From a virus (Duplodnaviria; Caudoviricetes), in IMG/VR virus record IMGVR_UViG_3300017648_000011, positions 1-30,939 of that record: 30,939 nt of DNA; one strand, written 5' to 3'. Below the pieces are notes generated by a model, which was given only the letters and a program-made list of their open reading frames with translations, was not told the origin of the DNA and did no database searches. This document shows, one piece after another, positions 8,538 through 17,085 of this stretch. Position 1 is the stretch's first letter, and the number at the start of each line of letters is the position of its first letter. A program made the translations under genes and the position numbers.

Positions 8538-8692
8538 TGACACGCGGTGAGGTGATGCAGACGATCGGGGTCGCGCTCGTGGTGATGGGCGTGGCGGTGG
8601 CCGTAGGGCAGTGGTCATGGGCGCTGGCGCTGGCACTGGCACTGGCGCTGACCGGCGCGGCGCTAGTCGTGCTCGCGCAGGGGGTGGACTGA
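8534..8692 (+). CDS. Small two-TM protein between TerL and portal (absent from the ORF track)
   Basis: MMTRGEVMQTIGVALVVMGVAVAVGQWSWALALALALALTGAALVVLAQGVD*; ATGA overlap upstream and TGATG overlap with the portal. Confidence 0.75.
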   Translation: MMTRGEVMQTIGVALVVMGVAVAVGQWSWALALALALALTGAALVVLAQGVD

Positions 8693-9954
8693 TGCCGCTG
8701 TTTGTCGATGCCATCGCCAGCATGCGCAAGCGCGCGGTGCCGAAGCCGGTCAACGACTGGCCAGCGTACGTGTCCCGGCTGGGTGGCTCGATCGAGATGG
8801 TCGACGGATCCTACGCCAGCTATCGGGACATCTATCGATCGCAGCCGTGGGTGTGGTCGGCTGTGCTGGCTATCTCGCGCGGCATGATGCGGATGCCGAT
8901 CAAGGTGTATGAGGGCGACGGTGACGAGCGCGCGCGCGTCACGACGGGCGACCTGGTGCGCCTGACGGAACGCACGCCTGCCGCTGGCTGGTCGCCGTCG
9001 CGACATCGTGAGGCGATCGCCAAGACGGTCGCGATTTATGGCAACGCGATCGTCGTCAAGCTGGGCATGGATAGCGAGGGTGACACCCCGTCGGAGCGCA
9101 TGGTCGCGCCGCCGGTGGGATGGTCGGTCGCGGCCGACGACACCTACATCTGGACCAATCCAAAGGACGGCCAGCGCTACCCATTCCCGCGCTGGCAGAT
9201 CGAGCACTATCGATTCTGGGACGTCGACACCAACGGCTTCGGTATCTCGCCACTGGAGCCGCTGCGCCGGACGCTGGCCGACGACGACGGTGCACGCCGC
9301 TATTCCAACGCCGCGTTCCGTAATGGGTCGCGGCCACTCAATGTCCTCAAGACCGATCAGGAGATGACCACCGAGGGCGTTGCGAAGCTCAAGGCGGAAT
9401 GGCAGGCGATTCACGGAGGCGTCGATAACGCGTTCAAGCTGGCCGTGCTGCAGAAGGGCCTGGACTACGCGGTCGTGTCCTACGACCTCGAAAAGGCCGC
9501 GGTGGTGCCACATCGCGAGTTGACGCCGGTCGAGGTGGCGGCGGTCTACGGGCTACAGCCGGCGATGCTCGGCTGGGCCAAAGAAGCTAACTTCGCGTCG
9601 ATCGAGATGTTCCACACGATGCACTATCAGGACTCGCTGGGCGCGTGGGCAGTCATGTTCGAGGACACGCTGCAGACCGACCTGGTCCTGCCGACGACCG
9701 CCTTCGATGGCCAGACAGTCGAGATCGACATGAACGCGGTCATGCGGGGCGACCTGCCCACGCGAGTCCGCGCGTATGCAACGCAGATCACGACGGGCCA
9801 GAAATCACCGAACGAAATCCGACGGCTTGAGAACGACCCTCCGAGCAAGCAGGAGGGTGCCGACATGCTGCTGTTCCCGCTCAACCTGGCGGGCGCGGTG
9901 GGCGCGCAGACAGCCGAGGACACTGGACAGGAGGACCGCACCGATGCCTCATAA
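8692..9954 (+). CDS. Portal protein, HK97 family
   Basis: VWSAV..IS, YGNAI, FGISPLE, FRNGSRP..VL, AAVYGL.PAMLG, SPNEIRRLEN.PP; position after terL. Confidence 0.95.
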   Translation: MPLFVDAIASMRKRAVPKPVNDWPAYVSRLGGSIEMVDGSYASYRDIYRSQPWVWSAVLAISRGMMRMPIKVYEGDGDERARVTTGDLVRLTERTPAAGWSPSRHREAIAKTVAIYGNAIVVKLGMDSEGDTPSERMVAPPVGWSVAADDTYIWTNPKDGQRYPFPRWQIEHYRFWDVDTNGFGISPLEPLRRTLADDDGARRYSNAAFRNGSRPLNVLKTDQEMTTEGVAKLKAEWQAIHGGVDNAFKLAVLQKGLDYAVVSYDLEKAAVVPHRELTPVEVAAVYGLQPAMLGWAKEANFASIEMFHTMHYQDSLGAWAVMFEDTLQTDLVLPTTAFDGQTVEIDMNAVMRGDLPTRVRAYATQITTGQKSPNEIRRLENDPPSKQEGADMLLFPLNLAGAVGAQTAEDTGQEDRTDAS

Positions 9955-11122
9955 GCTCCACTACCCCCACATCGTTCGATTCGTTGCCGGGCGCGAGTGG
10001 GCCATCCTGCCGGAGAAGATGGCCGAGATCTGGGACTTTCTGGCGATCAAGGCCAGCGGCGGCGACGTCGATCCCGATGAGATCACGGCACGCTTCGGCG
10101 CGGCGAAGGCCGACCGGCGCGGCCAGTCTGCCGGTGAAGTCGCGGTTCTGCCGATCATGGGCACAATCTCGCACCGCATGAACATGATGAGTGAGTTCAG
10201 CGGCGGCACGAGTGTCGAGGGGCTGACCGCGGCGTTCCGCGACCTGGTGCGTGATCCGCAGGTCGGCGCGATCGTGCTGGACGTGGACTCGCCGGGCGGA
10301 TCCGTCGACGGCATCGATGAGCTGGCGGCAGAGATCTATCGGGCGCGCGGCTCCAAGCCGATCGTGGCCGTCGCGAACTCCCTGATGGCCAGCGCGGCCT
10401 ACTGGCTGGCCGTCTCGGCTGACGAGATCGTGGCCAGTCCCAGCGCCGAGATCGGCAGCATCGGAGTGATCGGTGGCCATGAGGACCAGAGCGCGTTCTA
10501 CGACAAGATGGGCGTGAAGGTCTCGCTGATCACTGCCGGCAAATACAAAGCTGAAAATAACCCCTTCGAGCCGATGACCGACGAGGGCCGCGCCGCGATC
10601 CAGAGGCGGGTCGATGAGGCGTATGGCCGGTTCGTCCGCGCGGTATCGCGTGGGCGCGGTGTCGGCGTTGACGCTGTGCGCAACGGGTTCGGTGAGGGCC
10701 GCGTCGTGAGTGCGCGTGAGGCGGTCAGCCTGGGCATGGCTGATCGGATCGCGACGATCGACGAGGTGATTGCCGGGCTGGCGCGCAGTACCCGGCAGGC
10801 ATCACGCGAGAGCGCGAGTGCTGACGCGACGGCGGGACTGGTAGCGGTCCCGTATGAGGCACACGGGCAGCGGGTAGCAGCTGACCTGGCCGCGTTCGCC
10901 GAGGCTACGCGCGATCGGATCGAGTACCGGCAGGCCGAACCTGGCCGGGCACTCCTCAGCGCGGTGCAGCGCGATCGACTGGCGTCGCTCCGTGACGAGC
11001 TCACGGATCTGCTGACGGCCGTTGATGGCGCAGGAAACCCCGTAGTCATTCCAGAAGCCGAGCTGCTCAGCATGCAACTGCGCATGCGAGTCGCTGACGT
11101 TGTGCTCGCAGACGCGAGCTAG
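9944..11122 (+). CDS. S49 (SppA/ClpP-like) prohead maturation protease with C-terminal extension
   Basis: GGAGG RBS; LDVDSPGG, MASAAYWLA, GSIGV, AGKYKAE, GMADRIAT. Confidence 0.93.
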   Translation: MPHKLHYPHIVRFVAGREWAILPEKMAEIWDFLAIKASGGDVDPDEITARFGAAKADRRGQSAGEVAVLPIMGTISHRMNMMSEFSGGTSVEGLTAAFRDLVRDPQVGAIVLDVDSPGGSVDGIDELAAEIYRARGSKPIVAVANSLMASAAYWLAVSADEIVASPSAEIGSIGVIGGHEDQSAFYDKMGVKVSLITAGKYKAENNPFEPMTDEGRAAIQRRVDEAYGRFVRAVSRGRGVGVDAVRNGFGEGRVVSAREAVSLGMADRIATIDEVIAGLARSTRQASRESASADATAGLVAVPYEAHGQRVAADLAAFAEATRDRIEYRQAEPGRALLSAVQRDRLASLRDELTDLLTAVDGAGNPVVIPEAELLSMQLRMRVADVVLADAS

Positions 11123-11131
11123 GAGGCACAG

Positions 11132-12409
11132 ATGAAGAACTCACTGCAGATCAAGGCCGAGATCAAGGAGATCCGGCAGAAGTACGAGGCAATCACATCG
11201 CGCGATCAGCTGACCGAAGGGGACGCTGAGGAACTGCGCGCGATGGACGTGCAGCTCACCGATCTGCTCGCCGAGTATTCGGCGCGCGCGCAGGATGAGC
11301 AGCGCGCGAAGGACAACCGCGCGGCGATGAACCAGATCTTCGGATCCGGCGACGCGCAGCCGAAGCCGACCGACGATGGCGAACGCACGCCGGAGCGGGT
11401 CGTGTCGGGCAGCATGGGCGCGCGGTTCGTCCACGATCCGCGGTTCGCGGCCTGGCACGCCGAGATGACGCCGGGCGGGCAGGACATCTCGAACAACGTC
11501 CCGGTGCGTTCGCCGATGCTGTCGTTCCAGGAGTCGCCGCTGTCGGCGGCGCTGGTGACTGGCGCGTCGGACACGTCGGCCGGTGCGCTGGTGCAGGCAA
11601 CACGCCTGCCGGGTATCACGCCGTTCGAGCGCGATGAGATCAACGTGCTCGATCTGCTGACCCGAATCCCGATCGATTCCGACTCGTACGAGTACGTCCG
11701 GGTGACCGGCGAGACCAACAACGCTGCGCCGGTGGCAGAAGCGACCTCGACGAGCACGGGCGGCAAGCCGGAATCGGCGGTCGCGCTGGTGGTCAAGACG
11801 GGCGTTGTCGAGAACATCGCGCACTGGATCCCGATCACGCGACGGGCTGCCTCGGATGCGCGGCAGATCATGACCTACATCGACGAGTTCCTGCGTTGGG
11901 GCTTGCTCGATGAGCTGGCCAGCCAGGTGATCAGCGGTAACGGTACTCCGCCAGCGCTGAAGGGCATCGCGTCCGACTCGGACATCCAGTCGCAGGCGTT
12001 CGTCACCGACATCCTGACCACCACACGCAAGGCCCGGACGCTAGTGCGAACGGTCGGCAAGGGCACGCCGTCGGCGTATCTGCTATCGCCGTCCGACTGG
12101 GAGACGATCGATCTCCTGACCGACAACGAAAACCGCTACTACTTCGGCGGTCCGACCCGTCTGGGTATGCCGGTCCTGTGGGGCCTGCCGGTCGTCGAGG
12201 AAGAGCGCCTGACCGACGGCACCGGCTACGTGGCTGACTGGCGCGAGGGCCTGCTGTTCGACCGCGAGCAGATCAACGTCTACATGACCGATTCTCACGA
12301 CGATTTCTTCATTCGCAACATCCTCGTGCTGCTGGCCGAGATGCGCGCCGGGTTCGGCATCCGCCGTCCGAAGACATTTGTCGAAATCGATCTGACCTCC
12401 GGGGCGTAA
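11132..12409 (+). CDS. Major capsid protein, HK97 fold with N-terminal delta-like helical region
   Basis: AGGAGG RBS; VAEA...KPES, IAHWIPITR, VISGNG....LKGI, LWGLPVV, FIRN..VLLAEMR.GF.IRRP..F. Confidence 0.96.
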   Translation: MKNSLQIKAEIKEIRQKYEAITSRDQLTEGDAEELRAMDVQLTDLLAEYSARAQDEQRAKDNRAAMNQIFGSGDAQPKPTDDGERTPERVVSGSMGARFVHDPRFAAWHAEMTPGGQDISNNVPVRSPMLSFQESPLSAALVTGASDTSAGALVQATRLPGITPFERDEINVLDLLTRIPIDSDSYEYVRVTGETNNAAPVAEATSTSTGGKPESAVALVVKTGVVENIAHWIPITRRAASDARQIMTYIDEFLRWGLLDELASQVISGNGTPPALKGIASDSDIQSQAFVTDILTTTRKARTLVRTVGKGTPSAYLLSPSDWETIDLLTDNENRYYFGGPTRLGMPVLWGLPVVEEERLTDGTGYVADWREGLLFDREQINVYMTDSHDDFFIRNILVLLAEMRAGFGIRRPKTFVEIDLTSGA

Positions 12410-12440
12410 TCCCCGGCTGCGACTGCCTGAGCAGTTGCGG
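12399..12440 (+). other. Two adjacent hairpins at and after the capsid stop codon
   Basis: CCGGGG-cgtaat-CCCCGG (12399-12416) and CTGCGACTGC-ctga-GCAGTTGCGG (12417-12440); no U tract. Confidence 0.45.
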
Positions 12441-12455
12441 GAAGGAGCGTGACTG

Positions 12456-12926
12456 ATGCCTTATCTGGATCCGACGGCGGGCCTGCTGCGTGAGGCGGGT
12501 GGCGTCGTCGCAGTGTCGGGGCTGATCGTCGAGCAGGGCGCAGGCGACTACCAGATGGATGTCGCGGTCCCGGCCGGTGCGACGCTGATCGACATCATCG
12601 TCGATGGCATCGCGCTCTGGGGTGCCGGGACGTCCGCGACCCTGATCGTTGGCGACACCGACGACGACGGCTTCTATACCGCTGTCAACCTGAAGGCGAC
12701 TGATCTGCTCGCGGGCGAGTCGCTGGCGTTCGCGTTGGCCGGCGGGAAGGCTGGAGCCTACATCGCCAACAGCCAGGTGAGTAAGCGCTACAGCGCTGCG
12801 GCCCGGACCGTGAGCGCAAAGGTCGCGGCGGCTGGCACCGACGCGGCGACCGGCAGGACACGCGTGACCGTGCTCTACACGGTCGGAAACGACCTGCCGG
12901 TCGCATTCACCGAAGCGACTCCGTAG
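12456..12926 (+). CDS. Virion structural protein (probable capsid decoration or spike base)
   Basis: AAGGAG RBS; follows the capsid gene; beta-rich and Ala/Gly/Thr-rich (VPAGATLIDIIV..GTSATLIVG). Confidence 0.65.
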   Translation: MPYLDPTAGLLREAGGVVAVSGLIVEQGAGDYQMDVAVPAGATLIDIIVDGIALWGAGTSATLIVGDTDDDGFYTAVNLKATDLLAGESLAFALAGGKAGAYIANSQVSKRYSAAARTVSAKVAAAGTDAATGRTRVTVLYTVGNDLPVAFTEATP

Positions 12927-13826
12927 ATGAGCGTTGAGATCGAGCCGACGGTTCAGCAGGTGGTGCGCGGGACAACGCCGACGTTGTCGGTGGAGTTCTA
13001 CGTCGATGGCGTGCTCGCGGATCCGGGTGTGACGACCGTCTCGGTCGTCGGGCTGGACGGCAGCGCGATCGTGACCGATGCCGCGACGAGCGGCACCGGC
13101 GCGGTGGCGCGCACCTACACGCTGGCCGGACCGTTGGCCGATCTCGGTGTTCTGACCGTGACGTGGCAGAGCGCGACCTACGGGACGCTGACGCAGACGG
13201 TCGAGGTTGTGGGCGACCTCCTGTTCTCGCTGCGCGAGGCGCGGCGCTATGACGGTGGCGCGATGGCGAACACGTCGTCGTACCCGGCAGCCATGCTGGA
13301 GCAGGCGCGGGTCCGGATCGCTGAGGACTTCGAGCGCATCTGCGGTGTGGCGTTCATGCCTCGGGTGCGGCAGGTGGACGTCGGTGTCTATGTCTCGCGC
13401 CAACTGCTGCTGCCGGACCTGCGGGTGCTGGCGGTGCGGTCGATCGAGACACGGGCGGCGCACGAGACGGCGTGGACCGCGATCGACAGCGGCGATCTCG
13501 CGGCCGTGCGGATCCTGCCGGGCGGCGTGCTCGGGCTGTCGAGTGCGGTCCCGTATGGCCACGCCAGCGCCAGGGTGACGTACGAGCATGGCTGGGAGCG
13601 CGTGCCGGAGGAGATCCGCCGTGCGGCGCTGATGGTGCTGCGCCATACGACGGTGCCAGACGACATCGGGCCACGGGTCACCTCGTTCACCGGCGAGATG
13701 GGCACGACCGCATATTCCACTGCCGGCCGGGTGACGAATCCGTGGTCGGCATTCACCTACTACGGCATTCCGCCGGTCGATGCGACCCTCGCGCGCTACA
13801 CCGAGCGCGTTCCGGCGGTGGGCTGA
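12927..13826 (+). CDS. Head-tail adaptor (gp6-like) with an extra N-terminal beta-sandwich domain
   Basis: C-terminal part LFSLREARRY..FERICG..F.PR..VTYEHGW..VPEEIRRAAL; about 95 aa of beta-rich N-terminus. Confidence 0.75.
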   Translation: MSVEIEPTVQQVVRGTTPTLSVEFYVDGVLADPGVTTVSVVGLDGSAIVTDAATSGTGAVARTYTLAGPLADLGVLTVTWQSATYGTLTQTVEVVGDLLFSLREARRYDGGAMANTSSYPAAMLEQARVRIAEDFERICGVAFMPRVRQVDVGVYVSRQLLLPDLRVLAVRSIETRAAHETAWTAIDSGDLAAVRILPGGVLGLSSAVPYGHASARVTYEHGWERVPEEIRRAALMVLRHTTVPDDIGPRVTSFTGEMGTTAYSTAGRVTNPWSAFTYYGIPPVDATLARYTERVPAVG

Positions 13827-14281
13827 TGGCGACGACGACGAGCGCGGTGCAGACGGTGTTGGTGACGCTGCGCGATCAGCTGCGGCTACGGCCGGGGCTG
13901 GATCGTGTGACGGTCCTGGCACTGCCGGGCAAACCAGAGGATCTGGGCCGAGAGCATCTGGTGCTGGCGACAGAGATTCCGAGCGAGCAGTCATACCCGT
14001 TCACGAGCAACAACACGAAACACGAGGCGTTCAACCTGAACGGCGCGATCGGCGTCGTGATGCCCGGTGCACGCGAGGACGCAGCGCTGGACACGATGGC
14101 GCGCGCAATGGCGATTCTGGGCGAGCTTGAGGCGTGTTTGCGAGAGGACCCACGGATCGGCGGGACGGCGCTGGTGTCGGAGCTGACCGAGTTCACCCAC
14201 ACGCCGGGCGTGACGGACGTTGGGCGTTACCACGAGATCACCTTCACAGTCCGCGTGCAGGCGCGGCTGGTGAGCAGTTAG
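13826..14281 (+). CDS. Probable tail terminator / neck protein
   Basis: TGATG coupling; about 150 aa; LEACLREDPRIGG...ITFTVRV; located before the tail tube gene. Confidence 0.65.
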   Translation: MATTTSAVQTVLVTLRDQLRLRPGLDRVTVLALPGKPEDLGREHLVLATEIPSEQSYPFTSNNTKHEAFNLNGAIGVVMPGAREDAALDTMARAMAILGELEACLREDPRIGGTALVSELTEFTHTPGVTDVGRYHEITFTVRVQARLVSS

Positions 14282-14289
14282 GAGACGAC

Positions 14290-14505
14290 ATGGAGACAGT
14301 GCGGGTGCGGAATAGCTCCGGCCGTGATCTGGACGTCCGGATGCCAGGCGGCGTGTTTCGGACGGTGCGGGCGGGCGAGCATCTGGAAACGATCGAGGAA
14401 CACGCGGCCAGCCTGGCGGAACAGACGGACGTCTGGCAGCCGGTTCGTCCGCGTGCTGAGAAGGCAAAGTCGGCTGATGCGCCGAGCGAGGAAGGTGCTG
14501 CATGA
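14290..14505 (+). CDS. Small hypothetical virion-region protein
   Basis: AGGAG RBS; ATGA overlap with the tube gene. Confidence 0.7.
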   Translation: METVRVRNSSGRDLDVRMPGGVFRTVRAGEHLETIEEHAASLAEQTDVWQPVRPRAEKAKSADAPSEEGAA

Positions 14506-15479
14506 GCACAGGAACCGGCCTGGGCGCACAGCTCGGGATGAAGAGCGAGAGTGTCTGGGGAACGCCGGTCACGGTTGACCGCTTCCTGGACTTCATCTCG
14601 GAGTCGATCGAGACGGAGGTCGAGACGCTCGGGGAGACGTTCCTCGGGCAGCAGAACCTGACCGTCGGGGCCGCGCGGACGACCCAGAAGGGCGCGTCGG
14701 GCGATCTCGAATTGCCGTTCATGACCAAGGGCATGGGGTTGCTGCTCAAGCACGCGCTCGGCTCGGTCGCAACTGCGCAGGTGGCCTCGACGGCTGAATA
14801 CGTCCATACGTTCACGCAGGACGCGGCCGGGCATCGCGGTCTGGGCGCGACGGTTCAGGTCGGCCGGCCGATGGTGAATGGGACGGTTCAGCCGTTCACG
14901 TTCGCGGGCGGGAAGGTGACCGGCTGGGAGTTGTCGCTTGAGGCGAACGGCGCCCTGACGCTGACGCTCAGCTGGGCATTCAAGGCCGTCGCGACCGGCA
15001 CGGCGCTGGCGTCGCCGTCCTATATCAGTGGCCGCACGCAGTTTGTCGCCGGTGACGCGACGCTGTCGTGGGGCGGTACCGACATCTGCGTGAATCAGTT
15101 CACAATCACCAGTGATCGCGACGTTGATCTGGAGCGCTACTGCACCAGCTCGACCGAGCGCAAGGAGCCATTGCTAACGGGGCCGATCTACTACCAGGTT
15201 GATGCCGAGGGCGAGTTCTCCAGCCTCGATCAGTACACCGACTTCACGGCGGGAACGGTTCGCGAGCTGGTCATCGAGATCGTCGGCCCGACGATCCCGG
15301 AGGAAACCAACCCGTACAAGCTCGTGATCACGTTTGCGGCGGCGCGCCTCATCGACGGGGCGTCCCCGACGGTTAAGGGGCCGGAGATCGTGCCGCAGCC
15401 GCTGACGTTCGAGGCGCTGTCGAACGGGACTGACCCGGTCATCGAGGTCGCGTACCACACGGACGACGTGACTCCATGA
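14502..15479 (+). CDS. Major tail tube protein
   Basis: GLGAQLG.K.ES.WGT.VT.DRF, SGDLEL, GMGLLLKHALG, Y.HTFT, GPEIV...LTFEAL; 325 aa, beta-rich. Confidence 0.85.
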   Translation: MSTGTGLGAQLGMKSESVWGTPVTVDRFLDFISESIETEVETLGETFLGQQNLTVGAARTTQKGASGDLELPFMTKGMGLLLKHALGSVATAQVASTAEYVHTFTQDAAGHRGLGATVQVGRPMVNGTVQPFTFAGGKVTGWELSLEANGALTLTLSWAFKAVATGTALASPSYISGRTQFVAGDATLSWGGTDICVNQFTITSDRDVDLERYCTSSTERKEPLLTGPIYYQVDAEGEFSSLDQYTDFTAGTVRELVIEIVGPTIPEETNPYKLVITFAAARLIDGASPTVKGPEIVPQPLTFEALSNGTDPVIEVAYHTDDVTP

Positions 15480-15916
15480 GCGCTGGCCGGGTGCGTGTCG
15501 AGGGCCTGAAGGAGTTGCGCAAGGCGTGCCGCACGCTCGCGCAGGACGACTCCTGGAAGGGCGACCTGCGCGAGGCCGGGAAGGCTGCGGCCGAGGTGGT
15601 GGCCGTCGAGTCCCGCCGTACCGCGAGCCAGGGTCTCTCGACACTCTCCGGCAAACCGGCGTCGATGGGTGGCGCAGCGGTGGCCACGATCCGCGCACTG
15701 GCAGGCCAGACACGGGCGACGGTCGCTGGCGGGAAGGCCAGTGTCCCGTACTTCGGCGGCTGGGAGTTCGGCAGTAGCGGTGCCTATCGGCAGTTCCCGG
15801 CAAAGGCGAAAACGAGCCACAACATCTACCCGGCGATCGAGAAGAAGAGCAGTGAGATCGTCCAGATCTACGGCGATCACATCGATGTCCTGACGAAGAA
15901 GCATTTTCCTGAGTAG
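15476..15916 (+). CDS. HK97 gp10-like tail completion protein
   Basis: VRVEGLKELRKA.. and VPYFG.WEFG motifs. Confidence 0.75.
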   Translation: MSAGRVRVEGLKELRKACRTLAQDDSWKGDLREAGKAAAEVVAVESRRTASQGLSTLSGKPASMGGAAVATIRALAGQTRATVAGGKASVPYFGGWEFGSSGAYRQFPAKAKTSHNIYPAIEKKSSEIVQIYGDHIDVLTKKHFPE

Positions 15917-15925
15917 GAGAGGTGC

Positions 15926-16258
15926 ATGACAACAGCACGGAAGGCCGCAGGGCCAGTCACGATCCAGGTCGATCTATCGGAACTGGCCAGTTTGACCGGG
16001 CGGGAAATCCGGGATTTCGAGCGGGTGCAGCCGGTCAAACTATCGAACCTCGGCAAAGTTTCGGAGTCCGGTGAGATTCCGGTCGACACGATCTACGGGC
16101 TCGCGTGGGTGTTCCACCGCCGCGAGAACCCCGGCGTGTCATTCGATGACGTGCTCGACATCCCGTTCCGCAACATCGAACTGGTCGGCGCGGAGGTCGT
16201 GGAGAGTGACGACGTCCCTACCGCAGAGCCGGACGGCGCGACGCCGACTGGCTCCTGA
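15926..16258 (+). CDS. Tail assembly chaperone (gpG-like)
   Basis: AGGAGAGG RBS; acidic 110 aa; lies between the tube and tape measure genes. Confidence 0.8.
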   Translation: MTTARKAAGPVTIQVDLSELASLTGREIRDFERVQPVKLSNLGKVSESGEIPVDTIYGLAWVFHRRENPGVSFDDVLDIPFRNIELVGAEVVESDDVPTAEPDGATPTGS

Positions 16259-16419
16259 GTGAGATGCCAGCGCTGGTCAAGTTCTACGGGCTGTCCCCGA
16301 TTGAGATTCGCGACCTGCGCTACGACGAACTACAGGTGCTGATCCAGTTCCGTGACGCGGTTCACAAAGAAGAGCAGAAGCGCGCGCGAAAACAGCGCAC
16401 AGGGCCACGGAGGCGCTAA
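16210..16419 (+). CDS. Tail assembly chaperone extension (gpT-like), probably reached by -1 frameshift; absent from the ORF track
   Basis: The -1 frame is open 16210-16419: ..PYRRAGRRDADWLLSEMPALVKFYGLSPIEIRDLRYDELQVL..RRR*. An internal ATG is present at 16264. Confidence 0.75.
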   Translation, partial: RRPYRRAGRRDADWLLSEMPALVKFYGLSPIEIRDLRYDELQVLIQFRDAVHKEEQKRARKQRTGPRRR

Positions 16420-16422
16420 CCG

Positions 16423-16441
16423 ATGGCAGGCGGACGAACGG
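16423..16441 (+). pseudogene. Orphaned original 5' end of the tape measure gene (MAGGRT)
   Basis: GGAGG RBS at 16409-16413, then ATG GCA GGC GGA CGA ACG G, encoding the same peptide as 17085-17102. Confidence 0.75.
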
Positions 16442-17084
16442 GACAACTGAAATCATGCGATGGCTTTTCGCCTACGCCGTTTTGCTCGAGCGTAGCAGTT
16501 CGTGCAGAGGCCCTTGCCTTTGTGCCGCTGTTCCGTCGTCCCGCATTCCGTGCATCGTTCGTAGTCCAGCGACCAATCGTAGTACGGGCGCTCGGGCATT
16601 TTTTCAGATCGATGCTTTGCGCGGTTATAGCAGGAATTGCAGAGGCCAAACGCGGCGTGCCTCCGATCAGACCGCCCGCACTCTTTGCATGCATCAAAGT
16701 CGCGAGACCATCGCTCGATAGCGAGTGCGGGCGGTCCGTCTCCACCAGAGTTCCGGTTGAAGAGATCAGCTCCGAGCGACTCGTAACGTCTGATCCACCA
16801 CGATTCGCGCTCTCCCCAATCAACGCTGACGGGGACGCTCTCCAGGATGCACATGATGGGCCGCTGCCCGGAGTTGACAAGCGATGCGACCCATTCCTTC
16901 AGCCCGTGATGAGCGCGCGCTTTCGGAGCGCAATGGACGCTCAATCTCCGCATCGGGTTGACGGTCGCGCCGACGTAACGAACTGCACCTGTGCGCGGAT
17001 CTGCCAAAGAGTAGATGTGCCGTTGTTTTTCCATTGTCGTACTCCTTATTCGGAGATTATATCTCCTAGAATCTGGATCGCGTA
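16442..17084 (-). mobile_element. Free-standing homing endonuclease-like cassette inserted in the tape measure 5' end
   Basis: Only antisense gene inside the structural operon; flanked by duplicated MAGGRT coding sequence; visibly more AT-rich than its neighbours. Confidence 0.7.
16453..17034 (-). CDS. GIY-YIG endonuclease with two C-terminal C4 zinc-finger repeats
   Basis: AAGGAG RBS; HIYSL.DPR...RYVG.T....RR...H, E..WI, N...GGDG; then two copies of WS.D...CxxCG.....H...GLCxxCY.RAK. Confidence 0.9.
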   Translation of the reverse strand: MEKQRHIYSLADPRTGAVRYVGATVNPMRRLSVHCAPKARAHHGLKEWVASLVNSGQRPIMCILESVPVSVDWGERESWWIRRYESLGADLFNRNSGGDGPPALAIERWSRDFDACKECGRSDRRHAAFGLCNSCYNRAKHRSEKMPERPYYDWSLDYERCTECGTTEQRHKGKGLCTNCYARAKRRRRKAIA

Positions 17085-17085
17085 A
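17052..17085 (-). promoter_or_regulatory. Putative promoter/operator of the GIY-YIG gene
   Basis: Perfect TATAAT on the - strand (17061-17056) inside the palindrome GGAGAT-tat-ATCTCC (17052-17066); -35 is weak; the spacer matches tape measure 17109-17126. Confidence 0.6.

Noticed and set aside
8620-8650. GCGCTG/GCACTG hexamer run as a phase-variable repeat
   Set aside because: It encodes the ALALALAL transmembrane stretch, is imperfect, and unit changes would preserve the frame.
12395-12458. Frameshift fusing the capsid protein to the downstream decoration protein
   Set aside because: The +1 frame that would join them has TGA at 12450-12452 before ATG 12456, and the downstream gene has its own RBS.
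7500-13994. Long - strand ORFs such as 7500-8753, 8458-9513 and 12309-13994 (also 26044-27417)
   Set aside because: Shadow frames of clear + strand phage genes in GC-rich DNA; no motifs and composition biased to Arg/Ala/Pro.
16423-17085. The 220-aa + strand ORF as a functional protein
   Set aside because: It is the codon-aligned mirror of the GIY-YIG gene with no recognisable motifs; kept only as a possible translational bridge.
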